Program-made: the position numbers and the translations under genes
In this document: positions 37,903 to 47,790 of the stretch, one piece after another
Numbering within the stretch: the stretch's first letter is position 1
Layout: each line of letters opens with the position of its first letter
NCBI GenBank assembly: GCA_965230975.1
Contig: OZ246402.1
Location: forward strand, 992,859-1,056,858
Length of the DNA stretch: 64,000 bases
DNA from: an uncultured Candidatus Saccharibacteria bacterium
GTDB lineage: Bacteria > Patescibacteriota > Dojkabacteria > J137
Direction of reading: 5' to 3'
The notes under the pieces: model-generated
The model's input: only the letters and a program-made list of their open reading frames with translations
The model's database searches: none
What the model was told of the DNA's origin: nothing

Positions 37903-39846
37903 ATGAAAACATCAGAACAACTAAGAAAAGACTTTATAGAATATTGGACAAGTAGTCCAAGAAACTTTAAAGAGGTACCTAATGTATCTTTAATTCCAAA
38001 CGTAGATTCAACACTACTATTTGTAAACTCTGGAATGTTCCCATTGGCTCCGTATCTTGGAGGTCAACCACATCCACTTGGAAAAAGACTTGTAGATATT
38101 CAAAGATGTTTAAGAACCAATTACGATGAGATGATTGAAATTGGAGATAATAGACACACATTGATGTTTGAAATGATTGGAGATTGGTCTTTAGGTGACT
38201 TTACAAAACAAGAACAAATCCCCTGGATTTTAGATTTTTGGGTACAAGTTTGTGGCATGGATCCAAAAAGATTATATGTTACAGTATTTGCAGGTGACGA
38301 TGATGCAAAAAGAGACACAGAGGCTATAGAAGTTTGGCAAAAAGCATTTGCAAAATATGGTGTTAAGGCAGAATTTAGTGAAGATATTCATAATATTCCA
38401 AAAAACTTAGAAGAAGGTGAAAATTGGCCATATAGAATATTCCCTTACCCTAAAAAAAAGAATTGGTGGGAAAGAGCGCATGCACCTGGTGAATTAGGTG
38501 GACCAACTTCCGAAATGTTTTATGACATGGGATTTATAGAGAAAGAAGATGAAAGCTATCACGTTAATGATGATAGTGGAAGATTTATCGAAATTGGTAA
38601 TAATGTGTTTATGGAATACAAACTAAATTCGGACATGAAGTGGGTGCCATTAGAACAAAAAAACATTGACTTTGGAGGTGGATTTGAAAGGGTGGCAATG
38701 ATTGTTCAAGGTAAAAAAGATATCTTTGAAACAGATATTTATGAATCTGTTATTCAAAAAGTAGAAGAGCTATCTAATAAACAATACAAATCTGAAGGTA
38801 AGGATAATGAATATACAAAGTTCTTTAGAATTTTGGCAGACCACTCTCGAGCAGCAACTTTCATTTTAGCAGATGGTGTTATCCCTTCCAATAAAGATCA
38901 AGGATATATTTTAAGAAGATTTATTAGACGACTTGTAAGATTTGGATTAAAGCTCGGTATTGACCGAAACTTTACAAAAGATTTGGCAATTGCAGTAATA
39001 GCTAAAATGTCTTACGCATACCCTCATTTGAAAGAGAACGAAAACTTTATTGTAGATGAAATTGAAAAAGAGGAGATAAAATTTAGAAGAACATTAGAGC
39101 AAGGCTTAAAACATTTGCAAAAGATTATTCAAGATCAGGATTTAAGAAACTCAAACTTACGATTTGATGGGAAGCAGGCATTTGATTTATACGAGACTTA
39201 CGGGTTTCCAATAGAAATGACTTTGGACGAATTGAACTGGTCAGAAGATAAAGCTGATCAATTAATTGCAGATTTTAAGGTTCAAGAAGAAAATCATAGA
39301 ACACAATCAAGAGCTGGCGCAGAGCAAAAGTTTAAAGGTGGGTTAGCAGATGCAAGTGTAGAGACAACTAAACTGCATACTGCTCATCATTTATTACTAG
39401 CTAGCTTACAAAAGTTAATAGACCCAAACATAAAGCAAAAGGGTAGTAACATTACAGCAGAAAGATTAAGAATGGACTTTAACTTTGACCGAAAACTAAC
39501 ACCTGAGGAAATTCAAAAAGTAGAAGAGTTAGTGAACAAAAAGATTGAAGAAGGGTTAACAATGGCTAGAATTGAGATGCCAAAAGATGAAGCTGAGAAA
39601 ATTGGTGCACAGATGGAATTTGGTATGAAGTACCCAGACACAGTTTCTGTTTATGTAATTGGAGACAAACAATCTATTCAAAATAAAAACTGGAATTCGG
39701 ACAAAATATTTTCTAAAGAATTCTGTGGAGGACCTCATGTTTCTAATACATCAGAACTAGCAGAAGGTGGTAAGAAATTTAAGATTGTAGAACAAGAAAA
39801 TGTTGGGGCAGGGGTTAAAAGAATTAAAGCAAAATTAGTTCAGTAA
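37903..39846 (+). CDS. alaS: alanyl-tRNA synthetase, short form (catalytic, tRNA-recognition and editing domains; no C-Ala domain)
   Basis: N-terminal class II motif region (FVNSGMFPLAPYLGG), editing-domain HxxxH (HTAHHLL), and a terminal CGGPHVSNTSEL motif. At 647 aa it is about 220 aa shorter than the ~870-aa canonical enzyme. Confidence 0.85.
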   Translation: MKTSEQLRKDFIEYWTSSPRNFKEVPNVSLIPNVDSTLLFVNSGMFPLAPYLGGQPHPLGKRLVDIQRCLRTNYDEMIEIGDNRHTLMFEMIGDWSLGDFTKQEQIPWILDFWVQVCGMDPKRLYVTVFAGDDDAKRDTEAIEVWQKAFAKYGVKAEFSEDIHNIPKNLEEGENWPYRIFPYPKKKNWWERAHAPGELGGPTSEMFYDMGFIEKEDESYHVNDDSGRFIEIGNNVFMEYKLNSDMKWVPLEQKNIDFGGGFERVAMIVQGKKDIFETDIYESVIQKVEELSNKQYKSEGKDNEYTKFFRILADHSRAATFILADGVIPSNKDQGYILRRFIRRLVRFGLKLGIDRNFTKDLAIAVIAKMSYAYPHLKENENFIVDEIEKEEIKFRRTLEQGLKHLQKIIQDQDLRNSNLRFDGKQAFDLYETYGFPIEMTLDELNWSEDKADQLIADFKVQEENHRTQSRAGAEQKFKGGLADASVETTKLHTAHHLLLASLQKLIDPNIKQKGSNITAERLRMDFNFDRKLTPEEIQKVEELVNKKIEEGLTMARIEMPKDEAEKIGAQMEFGMKYPDTVSVYVIGDKQSIQNKNWNSDKIFSKEFCGGPHVSNTSELAEGGKKFKIVEQENVGAGVKRIKAKLVQ

Positions 39847-40007
39847 TACCAAGTAATTAAAAAAATTAATAGCTGTGTGGGCACTTCCCAAAATAGATAT
39901 TTTAAAATATTTAATTGTATGTGAAAATTGCCTTATGAAAAAGAGTGTGATTCCACAAATTCCACCCAATCTGAAAAGTAGTAAATGTAATTTCTATTGT
40001 TAAAAAT

Positions 40008-40032
40008 GCCCCGCAAATGCGGGGCTTTTTTT
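40008..40032 (+). terminator. rho-independent terminator after alaS
   Basis: gccccgc aaat gcggggc hairpin followed by TTTTTTT. Confidence 0.7.
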
Positions 40033-40057
40033 ATAACTTATTTTTTATTCTAAAGTT

Positions 40058-41758
40058 ATGAGAGAACACCCTCCAACCGTAAGAAGTTCCAAATTGCGTA
40101 AACTTGCGATAGTTGCTCTGGTAGTGACTTTATCAACATTACCTCTAGGATTATCTGTAAAAGCAGCTACCACGGGTTTTGAGTTAAATACTAGTGGTCT
40201 ATCGCATATAGCCTGGATGTTTAATGGTTCATCCTGGGATACTAGAAATGGATGGAATACTACTGCGGGGAACCAAGCAGGTAAAGGTGATCATTTAGGT
40301 AGTGATTACTATGCAGATGATTGGAACTTAGGAAGTGGTAACTATGATTGTGGTCAAGAAGTTAGAGCACCTTTTGCAGGTAATATAATTCATAGATCTA
40401 GCACTGCTGCAGCAGGATATGGATATCAAATCATTATCCAAGCAGATGCAAACAATACGTTTGCATACAGAGCAACACATTTGCAAAAAGATTCCCTTAC
40501 AGGTTCCTCGCATGTAAATGCAGGTGATGTTATTGGAAGAATGGGTGGAAGTCCAAACCATACTTTGATTAATGGAATTGATTACTGGAGTGGGAGTAGC
40601 TCTACAGCATGTCATTTGCATTCTGTTTTGTACCAGAATATAAATCAGAACTATAATGGATCACCTGCGATTAATACACTAAGGAACGGTGGTTCAATAG
40701 GATTGTCAGGAGGAGCAAATACATTTGCTGCAAGATTCCAAAATGATGGAATTATAAGTAGCGGACAATCAGCTTGTGCAACATTTAGCCAAGCAGGAGT
40801 AACTTTCTTTAATAGTGCTCAATGTACTGGTTCTACAAGACAGTTCACTTCTACAGGTTTCTATAACTTAACAGACTATGGTTGGAATGATGCAGCAAAA
40901 TCAATGTCTATTCAATCTGGCTGGTCTGCAAGAATATGGCAAGATACCAACAAAGGAGGAAGCAGTGTTTGTTTTACAGGCACAAAATGGGACATGTCTT
41001 TAGATAAATACGAGAATGGATCAGCTATAGTCTCTAATGGGCAGGCAACTATTTCATCTGTACAGATATATAACAATACAAGTTGTTATACTGCCCCTGT
41101 TCAAGTAAATTGCGGTAACTATCCTGGAAATGGCATTATGCTTTTTGGAGGATCTCAATGTACAGGAACTTCAAAAACATTTACTGCTTCAGGGTTAACT
41201 AATCTTTCGGACATTGGGTTTGATAATTCTTCAAAGTCTATATTTGTAAAATCAGGAATGTCGGCCAGAATTTATGAACACCCAAACAGAGGTGGAGGAA
41301 GTAGGTGTGTAACAGGAAGTATGTGGGATTTACCTATTGATAAATATGAAAATGGAGCTTGGATCGCTCCAAGTGGAGCTTCTACAGTATCCTCAATAGA
41401 TGTTTATCAAAGTAGTAATTGTGCTGCCCCAGCATGTCAAACCTTTAGCTCAACAGGAATAGTACTATTTGGGACATCGATTTGTGGAGGAACCCAGAAA
41501 CAGTTTACTACCGCAGGATTTAGAAACCTAACAGATTCATCGATTAATTTTAACGATGCTACTAGGTCTATTTATGTACAACCTGGTTGGTCTGTAAGAA
41601 TTTACGAACATACCAATGGTACTGGAGCAACAAGATGTATAAGTTGGACAATGTGGGATTTAAACTTAGATAAGTATGATAATGGAGTTCAGATTGCAAG
41701 TAATGGTAGCGCAAGCGTAACTTCTATAAGGGTTTACAACAATGGAAGTTGTCGCTAA
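40058..41758 (+). CDS. secreted peptidase M23 (LytM-type) with three C-terminal ~105-aa tandem repeats
   Basis: HxxxD (DHLGSD), GQEVRAPFAGNI, GYGYQIII, and HLH (CHLHSV) motifs. Signal peptide. The three repeats each have a CTG..QF..G..NL.D...ND...S..V..GWS.RIYEH.N..G...C......WDL..DKY.NG pattern. Confidence 0.7.
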   Translation: MREHPPTVRSSKLRKLAIVALVVTLSTLPLGLSVKAATTGFELNTSGLSHIAWMFNGSSWDTRNGWNTTAGNQAGKGDHLGSDYYADDWNLGSGNYDCGQEVRAPFAGNIIHRSSTAAAGYGYQIIIQADANNTFAYRATHLQKDSLTGSSHVNAGDVIGRMGGSPNHTLINGIDYWSGSSSTACHLHSVLYQNINQNYNGSPAINTLRNGGSIGLSGGANTFAARFQNDGIISSGQSACATFSQAGVTFFNSAQCTGSTRQFTSTGFYNLTDYGWNDAAKSMSIQSGWSARIWQDTNKGGSSVCFTGTKWDMSLDKYENGSAIVSNGQATISSVQIYNNTSCYTAPVQVNCGNYPGNGIMLFGGSQCTGTSKTFTASGLTNLSDIGFDNSSKSIFVKSGMSARIYEHPNRGGGSRCVTGSMWDLPIDKYENGAWIAPSGASTVSSIDVYQSSNCAAPACQTFSSTGIVLFGTSICGGTQKQFTTAGFRNLTDSSINFNDATRSIYVQPGWSVRIYEHTNGTGATRCISWTMWDLNLDKYDNGVQIASNGSASVTSIRVYNNGSCR

Positions 41759-41791
41759 TAATAGAACTTAAGTGGTTAAAAGTTTTATGTT

Positions 41792-41824
41792 ATGCGGTCC
41801 CGAAATCGGGACCGCATTTTATTT
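41792..41824 (+). terminator. rho-independent terminator after the M23 peptidase gene
   Basis: atgcggtcccg aaat cgggaccgcat, an 11-bp stem, followed by TTTTATTT. Confidence 0.7.
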
Positions 41825-42184
41825 ACTTTATTAAAAGCCTGATTATTTACAAAACTATCTTAACAAATAACAGCTTGGATAATTTTATCAAGAATAGTAT
41901 TATCCATAGATGAATAATTATTCTGAATGGATAAAAATTGACCCTGTACACTATGACTTACCTATTTTGGGGCAGGTTTTACAAAATATTTTTTTAAACC
42001 CTACAAGTAACCCTTATTTAAATATATCTGGATTTTCAATTTCATCTTATACTTATTCAAATTCCGGAAATACCGGTGTTCTTAACTTAGTATGTATCGA
42101 AAATAAAAAGATTCAAATGAGAATTAGAGTCGAGGTAGACAGAGATATGATGTTATTCTTGAAAGTATTTATAACAGACGAAGC

Positions 42185-43423
42185 TTAAGCTAAAACCCTA
42201 TTTGCCTCTGCTTTACTTTTTTCAAGCTCGTATTCTCTTGGAGTAGCAGTAACATAAATAGTTTGATTAACTCTTTTTTCAAATTCTTCAAACTTTAAAG
42301 GTCTATTATCAAGTGCAGATTTCATTCTAAAACCATAATCAACTAAGTTTAATTTTCTAGCCCTATCTCCATTATACATACCGCCAATTTGTGGAACTGT
42401 AATGTGAGATTCATCTATAAATACAATGTAATCATCTGGAAAGTAATCTAGTAATGTAGATGGAGCAGATCCCACACTTCTTCTATCTATGTATCTTGAA
42501 TAATTTTCTATACCTTTACAAAAGCCTGTTTCTTGAAGCATTTCTAAATCATAGTTTACTCTTTGTTTTAACCTTGTTGCTTCTATCATTTTTCCTTTGT
42601 CTGTAAATTCTTGAATTTCTAATTCTAAATCATTTCTTATGTATTCCATTGCCTGATTTATTTTATCTTGAGGGCTTACATAGTGTTTTGCAGGAAAGAT
42701 AGAGGCTTCTGTCACACTATCTACAACTTCTCCAGATATTGGATTAAGCATTTTTATCGCTTCAAGTTCATCGCCAAAAAAGATCATTCGGACAGCACGA
42801 TCATCTGAAGTGGTTAAGTTTACATCTATATATTCTCCTCTTACCCTAAAAGTACCGTTAGGAAAATCATTTTGAGTTCTTTCATATTGCATGTCTCTTA
42901 GTCTAATCAAGATTTTTTCTCTGTTATAACTTTCACCCACTTTAATATCTAAACGCAATGCATTGTAGTCATCCGGATCTCCAAGTCCGTATATACAAGA
43001 AACTGTTGATACAATAACAGTATCTCGCCTTGATAGTAGTGATTGTGTTGCAGTGTTTCTATATCTTTCAATTACTTCGTTTATGTCCGAATCTTTTTCT
43101 ATATATAAGTCTCTTTGCGGTACATATGCTTCTGGCTGGTAATAGTCGTAGTAACTTACAAAATATTCAACTGCATTTTCAGGGAAAAATTCTCTGAATT
43201 CACCAAAAAGTTGAGCAGCTAATGTTTTGTTGTGTGACAAAATTAATGCTGGACGGTTCAAGTTTTGAATTATATTTGCCATTGAAAATGTTTTGCCGGT
43301 ACCAGTGGCACCCACCATAGTTTGGTGCTTGAAACCTGCTTCTAAACCTGCACTTAGTAAGTCTATTGCTTGAGGCTGGTCTCCAGATGGTTTGTATTTA
43401 GAATATAGTTTAAATTGTCCCAT
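42185..43423 (-). CDS. uvrB: UvrB N-terminal fragment (412 aa: domains 1a/2/1b with Walker A and DESH; helicase domain 2 and C-terminus absent). Possible pseudogene or split gene
   Basis: KPSGDQPQAI, GATGTGKTF, FVSYYDYYQPEAYVP, VFIDESHITVPQIGGMY, and YVTATPREYELEKS are colinear with UvrB up to about residue 420. A stop follows. No continuation appears in any frame downstream. Confidence 0.75.
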   Translation of the reverse strand: MGQFKLYSKYKPSGDQPQAIDLLSAGLEAGFKHQTMVGATGTGKTFSMANIIQNLNRPALILSHNKTLAAQLFGEFREFFPENAVEYFVSYYDYYQPEAYVPQRDLYIEKDSDINEVIERYRNTATQSLLSRRDTVIVSTVSCIYGLGDPDDYNALRLDIKVGESYNREKILIRLRDMQYERTQNDFPNGTFRVRGEYIDVNLTTSDDRAVRMIFFGDELEAIKMLNPISGEVVDSVTEASIFPAKHYVSPQDKINQAMEYIRNDLELEIQEFTDKGKMIEATRLKQRVNYDLEMLQETGFCKGIENYSRYIDRRSVGSAPSTLLDYFPDDYIVFIDESHITVPQIGGMYNGDRARKLNLVDYGFRMKSALDNRPLKFEEFEKRVNQTIYVTATPREYELEKSKAEANRVLA

Positions 43424-43558
43424 TGTTTTATTTTAACATTGTAAGTTTATCATTAGTATACCTATGCGATGTAGTTTGCTAATTCAAAGCCGATAGTGTT
43501 TCCTAAAATTGACAACCTTGAGGGTAAAGTTCTAAAATACGCTGTTTAAAAAATTTAC

Positions 43559-44761
43559 ATGCCACCAAATAAAATACTGCAGCCAAATTTTGCAAGTTCA
43601 GAAAATCAAAGCAATACAATACTAACTCAAACAATTAGCCAAATCCTTGGCTTCAATATTTTAAGACCTACTGAGTTTTCTTATGAGGGAGAGCAAAAAG
43701 GAGAAGGGGGAAAGCACACAAAGACTTTTGTAGTAAACTTAGGTAATTTTGAAAGGCCTGCAGAAAACGATTATTTAAATTTAGAAGTTAGTTTAAATTC
43801 AAGATTAGAAGGCAAACTAACAGGCGCTGCAATTTTTATTGAAACTGCAATTATTAAACAGATCAGAACTATTCAAGTATTAAAGGAATTTTTATTCAAA
43901 TTTGACACTAATGATCTAGTTTTGCATTTTTATGATCCATCTACAAAAAAAATAAGGTTTGGTTTACTATTAAACGAGCTCAAAAATTACGGATTCCCAA
44001 TTACTATACAGGATTTAGTCGATTTAATTCCTTATGGGTTTTCAAGTCAACACGATGCTAACATGTTTTTTAACGGATTGATTGGAAATGAAGTGTATGT
44101 TCCCATTACATTAGAATATACCCCAAACCAAAACCCAAGCCAAGTAAAAATACTAATTGATAAAGCAAATCAATTGCAATCAGTTGGATTAAATCCTGAA
44201 TCAATTATTATCAACCCAGAATTGCAACATGCAAAGGTAAAAGTGATTATTCCAGTTTCTAAAACAAGGTTAATTTCTATGATTGCTGGTTTAAGAGTGA
44301 ACTTTTTTGAAATTCAAAAGAATGGTTCATTAATTCAATTTAATGGCAAAGAATATCAAGATACAATATTCGCTGGTATTATAAGTAGTTTGTATATACT
44401 TCACTCTAAAGGTTTATCTAACGGTAACCTTTATAATAGTTTGGCTGTGCACATTACAAGACCCGGTTCACCAAATCCACTTGATAGTCTTATACAGTTT
44501 GGAGATACTTCTGAATTGACAACTGATGGTGATAATGAAGCACATGTAGATTTTATGAAAAACTTATTTCAAGATCTTGAAGATTTGATAGCCATTATTA
44601 AAGCTATTAAAAATAATAGAAATATTCTTCCCGAAGAAGTAATTAATGCCCAATCTATGCTCAATCATTATCTAGATCTAATTGAAGCTATGTACGGTTC
44701 TCAAATTAAATTTATTAAAGCAAGGATTTCAAATATTTTTCAAGACAACCCTATAGATTAA
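43559..44761 (+). CDS. hypothetical protein (400 aa)
   Basis: ORF with coding-like composition. It is first in a four-gene co-directional block. Confidence 0.3.
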   Translation: MPPNKILQPNFASSENQSNTILTQTISQILGFNILRPTEFSYEGEQKGEGGKHTKTFVVNLGNFERPAENDYLNLEVSLNSRLEGKLTGAAIFIETAIIKQIRTIQVLKEFLFKFDTNDLVLHFYDPSTKKIRFGLLLNELKNYGFPITIQDLVDLIPYGFSSQHDANMFFNGLIGNEVYVPITLEYTPNQNPSQVKILIDKANQLQSVGLNPESIIINPELQHAKVKVIIPVSKTRLISMIAGLRVNFFEIQKNGSLIQFNGKEYQDTIFAGIISSLYILHSKGLSNGNLYNSLAVHITRPGSPNPLDSLIQFGDTSELTTDGDNEAHVDFMKNLFQDLEDLIAIIKAIKNNRNILPEEVINAQSMLNHYLDLIEAMYGSQIKFIKARISNIFQDNPID

Positions 44762-44806
44762 TTTTGATTTTAAGGTTAAAATCATTACATATATTAGGTT
44801 AAACAT

Positions 44807-45220
44807 ATGGCCTTTAATGCAACAGAAATCCCCACAACAGAACAGGTTAAAGATAAACTATCAGTTCTAACTTTGGAAGCAGTTATTAATAATCTGCAGA
44901 TTCAAGGTAAGTACATAAATGAACCGAAAGAAACTGGTGAGCTATATATCTCTTTAAACAGTAGACGATTTCTCAAAGAAACCTTTGATGAAAATAATGA
45001 TAGTGCAATGATAGATTTTATTATTGCAATTTTAAACTTAAAGAGTACTCCATTTGCACGAAATATTATAAGTCACATATTGGCAGATAATGATATGTTG
45101 AAAAAAATCAATGACTTGGCCTCTAATTTTTGTATTGGGGCTGATCAATTTCTTGGCATTTACCCTGGTGATCTTGTTTTTTATCCAATAATGGAGGAAC
45201 TTGCACCTGTAGAAGCTTAA
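44807..45220 (+). CDS. hypothetical protein (137 aa)
   Basis: ORF within the same block. Confidence 0.3.
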   Translation: MAFNATEIPTTEQVKDKLSVLTLEAVINNLQIQGKYINEPKETGELYISLNSRRFLKETFDENNDSAMIDFIIAILNLKSTPFARNIISHILADNDMLKKINDLASNFCIGADQFLGIYPGDLVFYPIMEELAPVEA

Positions 45221-45366
45221 ACCTATAACTTCGTACAGTTAATAACGGCTTCAATTCCCCAAGTTGACACTTTTGGGAAACATATAATATAATACCTGTA
45301 ATATTTTTCGACACATTTTATTAATTATAGGGTAAAATCTATATATTAAATATTATTTTAAATAAT

Positions 45367-45741
45367 ATGGCATTCCCAAATTACATCACAGATTTTCCTA
45401 ACCATCCCGATTTAGACCAGTACGTAAATAACCCTCAAAAATTAATTGACTTTTTGTATGATGGCCTGATTTTTGTAGAGTTGGAAAATGATCCATTAAT
45501 GCAAGAATCACTAGGGTTTACACGACTTTCAGAATTAGGATTTCAAAATGATACTAACGAAAGAAATCCACTAGATCCAATAAATCAAGCACAAAATGAA
45601 TTAGAAATTCTTTTAGGAAAAGATTTTTATAAACACCCAGCATTTATTGCAATTCAAAATAAAACAGGTGTTATTGTGGATTCTGCATTAAATGAAGTTG
45701 TATTTATTAAATTACCCGAAAATCAAACGGGTGAAGTATAA
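45367..45741 (+). CDS. hypothetical protein (124 aa)
   Basis: ORF within the same block. Confidence 0.3.
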   Translation: MAFPNYITDFPNHPDLDQYVNNPQKLIDFLYDGLIFVELENDPLMQESLGFTRLSELGFQNDTNERNPLDPINQAQNELEILLGKDFYKHPAFIAIQNKTGVIVDSALNEVVFIKLPENQTGEV

Positions 45742-45761
45742 ATTAAAAAAATTTTAAAATA

Positions 45762-46988
45762 ATGCCAGACTCCAATCCTATAATAAACTTCAATGTTGAA
45801 GGTTCTGATCTTGAAACATTTGATAGTTTGCTAAAACACTATCAAGGAGATTTTATATATGCCATAAAAGAGTCCCAAGCAATAAAAGAAATCCCAGGAG
45901 CAGTTGCTGTAAATGAAGAATTATCGTTAACTTCACCTATAGAAATATATCCTACTAAACCACCTACCAAGGTAGGTAGTTTCACTGTTTATATTAAATA
46001 CAATTTAATTGCCTTAGAGTCTATGCCCGCAGTGTTAATGCAAAGATTTTTTACTTTTTTTGATTCAATAACAACAAACAAAAAGCTTTCTAATCGGATT
46101 AAGCAAGAAGTAGAAGAAGCTAGGTTATTGCGAAATTTTCTTGGAGCCCATTACTCACTTTTCGGAGGAGCTTCGGACAATTATTTACAGGTCAGCAATA
46201 CCTTTAACCTACCTGAATTTAACAATGAATCTAATGCTATTAAGATTAAATTCATACGTACTATGACAAGATTAGGACTTATAGAGAGAATAGGCAGGGA
46301 ATACCGAATTAATGCCCTTAAGGTGCGTGATTTTATAAATCAAGGATTTGTAAACTTACCATTAAAAATTGTAGCAAAAACAATTCCAGATAGCACAAAG
46401 GCCGACCATGATATTACATTATATACCAACATGCAAAATGCAGGTGTTAACACACCTGTGGTTTTTAAGCCAATTCACAAAACATCCGAATATTCGACTG
46501 GATTTACAATGTATCAAGATATAAGTTTTTTAGATAGGATTCCAAATCTTTTTAAACGCCCTAAAGGAGGTGAACCAGAATTATTGAGATTGGTATTTGC
46601 AGAAATTGCTAAGATGCATAAAGAAGGCATTTTGCATAATGATCTAAGAGCTTTAAACATTGGATTTGCTCAAGACGAAACAGGGAAACCAGTAATACTT
46701 ATTGATCCTACTAGAGGAAAAATCATTAAATTCCCCGGTATTCGAGAAACCAATTCAACTTTCATAGCTGCAATTGAAATAGATTTATCTATATTCCTCG
46801 GTATGCCAGGATTGATGGGATTGGTAAAGAATAAGATAGGTGATCTAACCAGGGATGATATTTCTTATATCCGAGAGTGTATTTTCGATACATACATACC
46901 AGAAGTTGCTGATGGTCAAAGTGAAATCACTACTAAATTAACGTTCTCTAGCTCTATTTTTGCGTTTACTGAATATATAGATCAATAA
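45762..46988 (+). CDS. protein with C-terminal protein-kinase-like / aminoglycoside-phosphotransferase-like fold (tentative)
   Basis: ILHNDLRALNI resembles the HxDxxxxN catalytic loop. LIDPTRG follows about 20 aa later at the DFG/IDxE position. The N-terminal 250 aa is unassigned. Confidence 0.35.
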   Translation: MPDSNPIINFNVEGSDLETFDSLLKHYQGDFIYAIKESQAIKEIPGAVAVNEELSLTSPIEIYPTKPPTKVGSFTVYIKYNLIALESMPAVLMQRFFTFFDSITTNKKLSNRIKQEVEEARLLRNFLGAHYSLFGGASDNYLQVSNTFNLPEFNNESNAIKIKFIRTMTRLGLIERIGREYRINALKVRDFINQGFVNLPLKIVAKTIPDSTKADHDITLYTNMQNAGVNTPVVFKPIHKTSEYSTGFTMYQDISFLDRIPNLFKRPKGGEPELLRLVFAEIAKMHKEGILHNDLRALNIGFAQDETGKPVILIDPTRGKIIKFPGIRETNSTFIAAIEIDLSIFLGMPGLMGLVKNKIGDLTRDDISYIRECIFDTYIPEVADGQSEITTKLTFSSSIFAFTEYIDQ

Positions 46989-47705
46989 CTAACCGCAATC
47001 ACACAATTCTTTCCAATCCGGATCTTTGCAACACTGGTTATCCCTTGCTTTACATCTATATCTGCCATGAAAGATTAATCTTAAGCTCATTTCATTCCAT
47101 TCATTTTGTGGAAAGACTTTCATTAAATCTTGCTCTATCTTTTTAGGGTCTTTATGTATAGTTAAACCAAGTCTATTAGAAGTTCTGATAACATGCGTAT
47201 CTACAACAAACCCTTCGGGTAAAATGACAGGATCATTTATTTGATTATTAATTTCAATATATTCCGGCAAGGGCTCAATTGGCCAATTACCACGATTAGT
47301 TATTGGCATAGCAAACCATTCGGACACAACAACATTAGCTGTCTTTCTACCAACCCCAGGCAAAGTTGTTAGCATTTCAATATTATTAGGCACAATACCA
47401 TTAAAATCAGTTAAAAGATTTTGTGCCATTTGCACCAAATGTTTAGATTTTGTTTTATGATAATTTAAGCTTTTAATAATCTTTTCAACTTCTAGTGAAT
47501 CTGCTTTAGACAAATCTTTGGCAGTAGGGTACTTTGCAAACAAAATAGGAGTTACTTTATTAACACTAGCATCTAGCGTTTGAGCAGACATTAATACTGC
47601 ACAAACAAGTTGAAAAGCAGTTTCATGGTAAAGTGGCGTTTTAACAGTGGGGTAGTCACGCTTTAATAAAGCGGTAATCTTTTCTATTCTTTCGGATTTT
47701 TTCAT
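46989..47705 (-). CDS. nth: endonuclease III (HhH-GPD DNA glycosylase with [4Fe-4S] cluster)
   Basis: LPGVGRKTANVVVSEW HhH-GPD motif and a C-terminal Cys cluster (CKARDNQCCKDPDWKELCDC). Confidence 0.85.
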   Translation of the reverse strand: MKKSERIEKITALLKRDYPTVKTPLYHETAFQLVCAVLMSAQTLDASVNKVTPILFAKYPTAKDLSKADSLEVEKIIKSLNYHKTKSKHLVQMAQNLLTDFNGIVPNNIEMLTTLPGVGRKTANVVVSEWFAMPITNRGNWPIEPLPEYIEINNQINDPVILPEGFVVDTHVIRTSNRLGLTIHKDPKKIEQDLMKVFPQNEWNEMSLRLIFHGRYRCKARDNQCCKDPDWKELCDCG

Positions 47706-47790
47706 ATTATTGAAAAAGATAGCATTTTTTTGTATAATACATTGTCGGTTGTCTTACGACTAGCTTACCTCTAGACTATGTAAGTATCCA

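Noticed and set aside
41910-42188. 92-aa plus-strand ORF downstream of truncated uvrB, considered as a displaced UvrB C-terminal piece.
   Set aside because: It is on the opposite strand and has no UvrB helicase motifs. Translation of the minus strand in all frames also lacks them. It is probably a spurious ORF in the AT-rich spacer.
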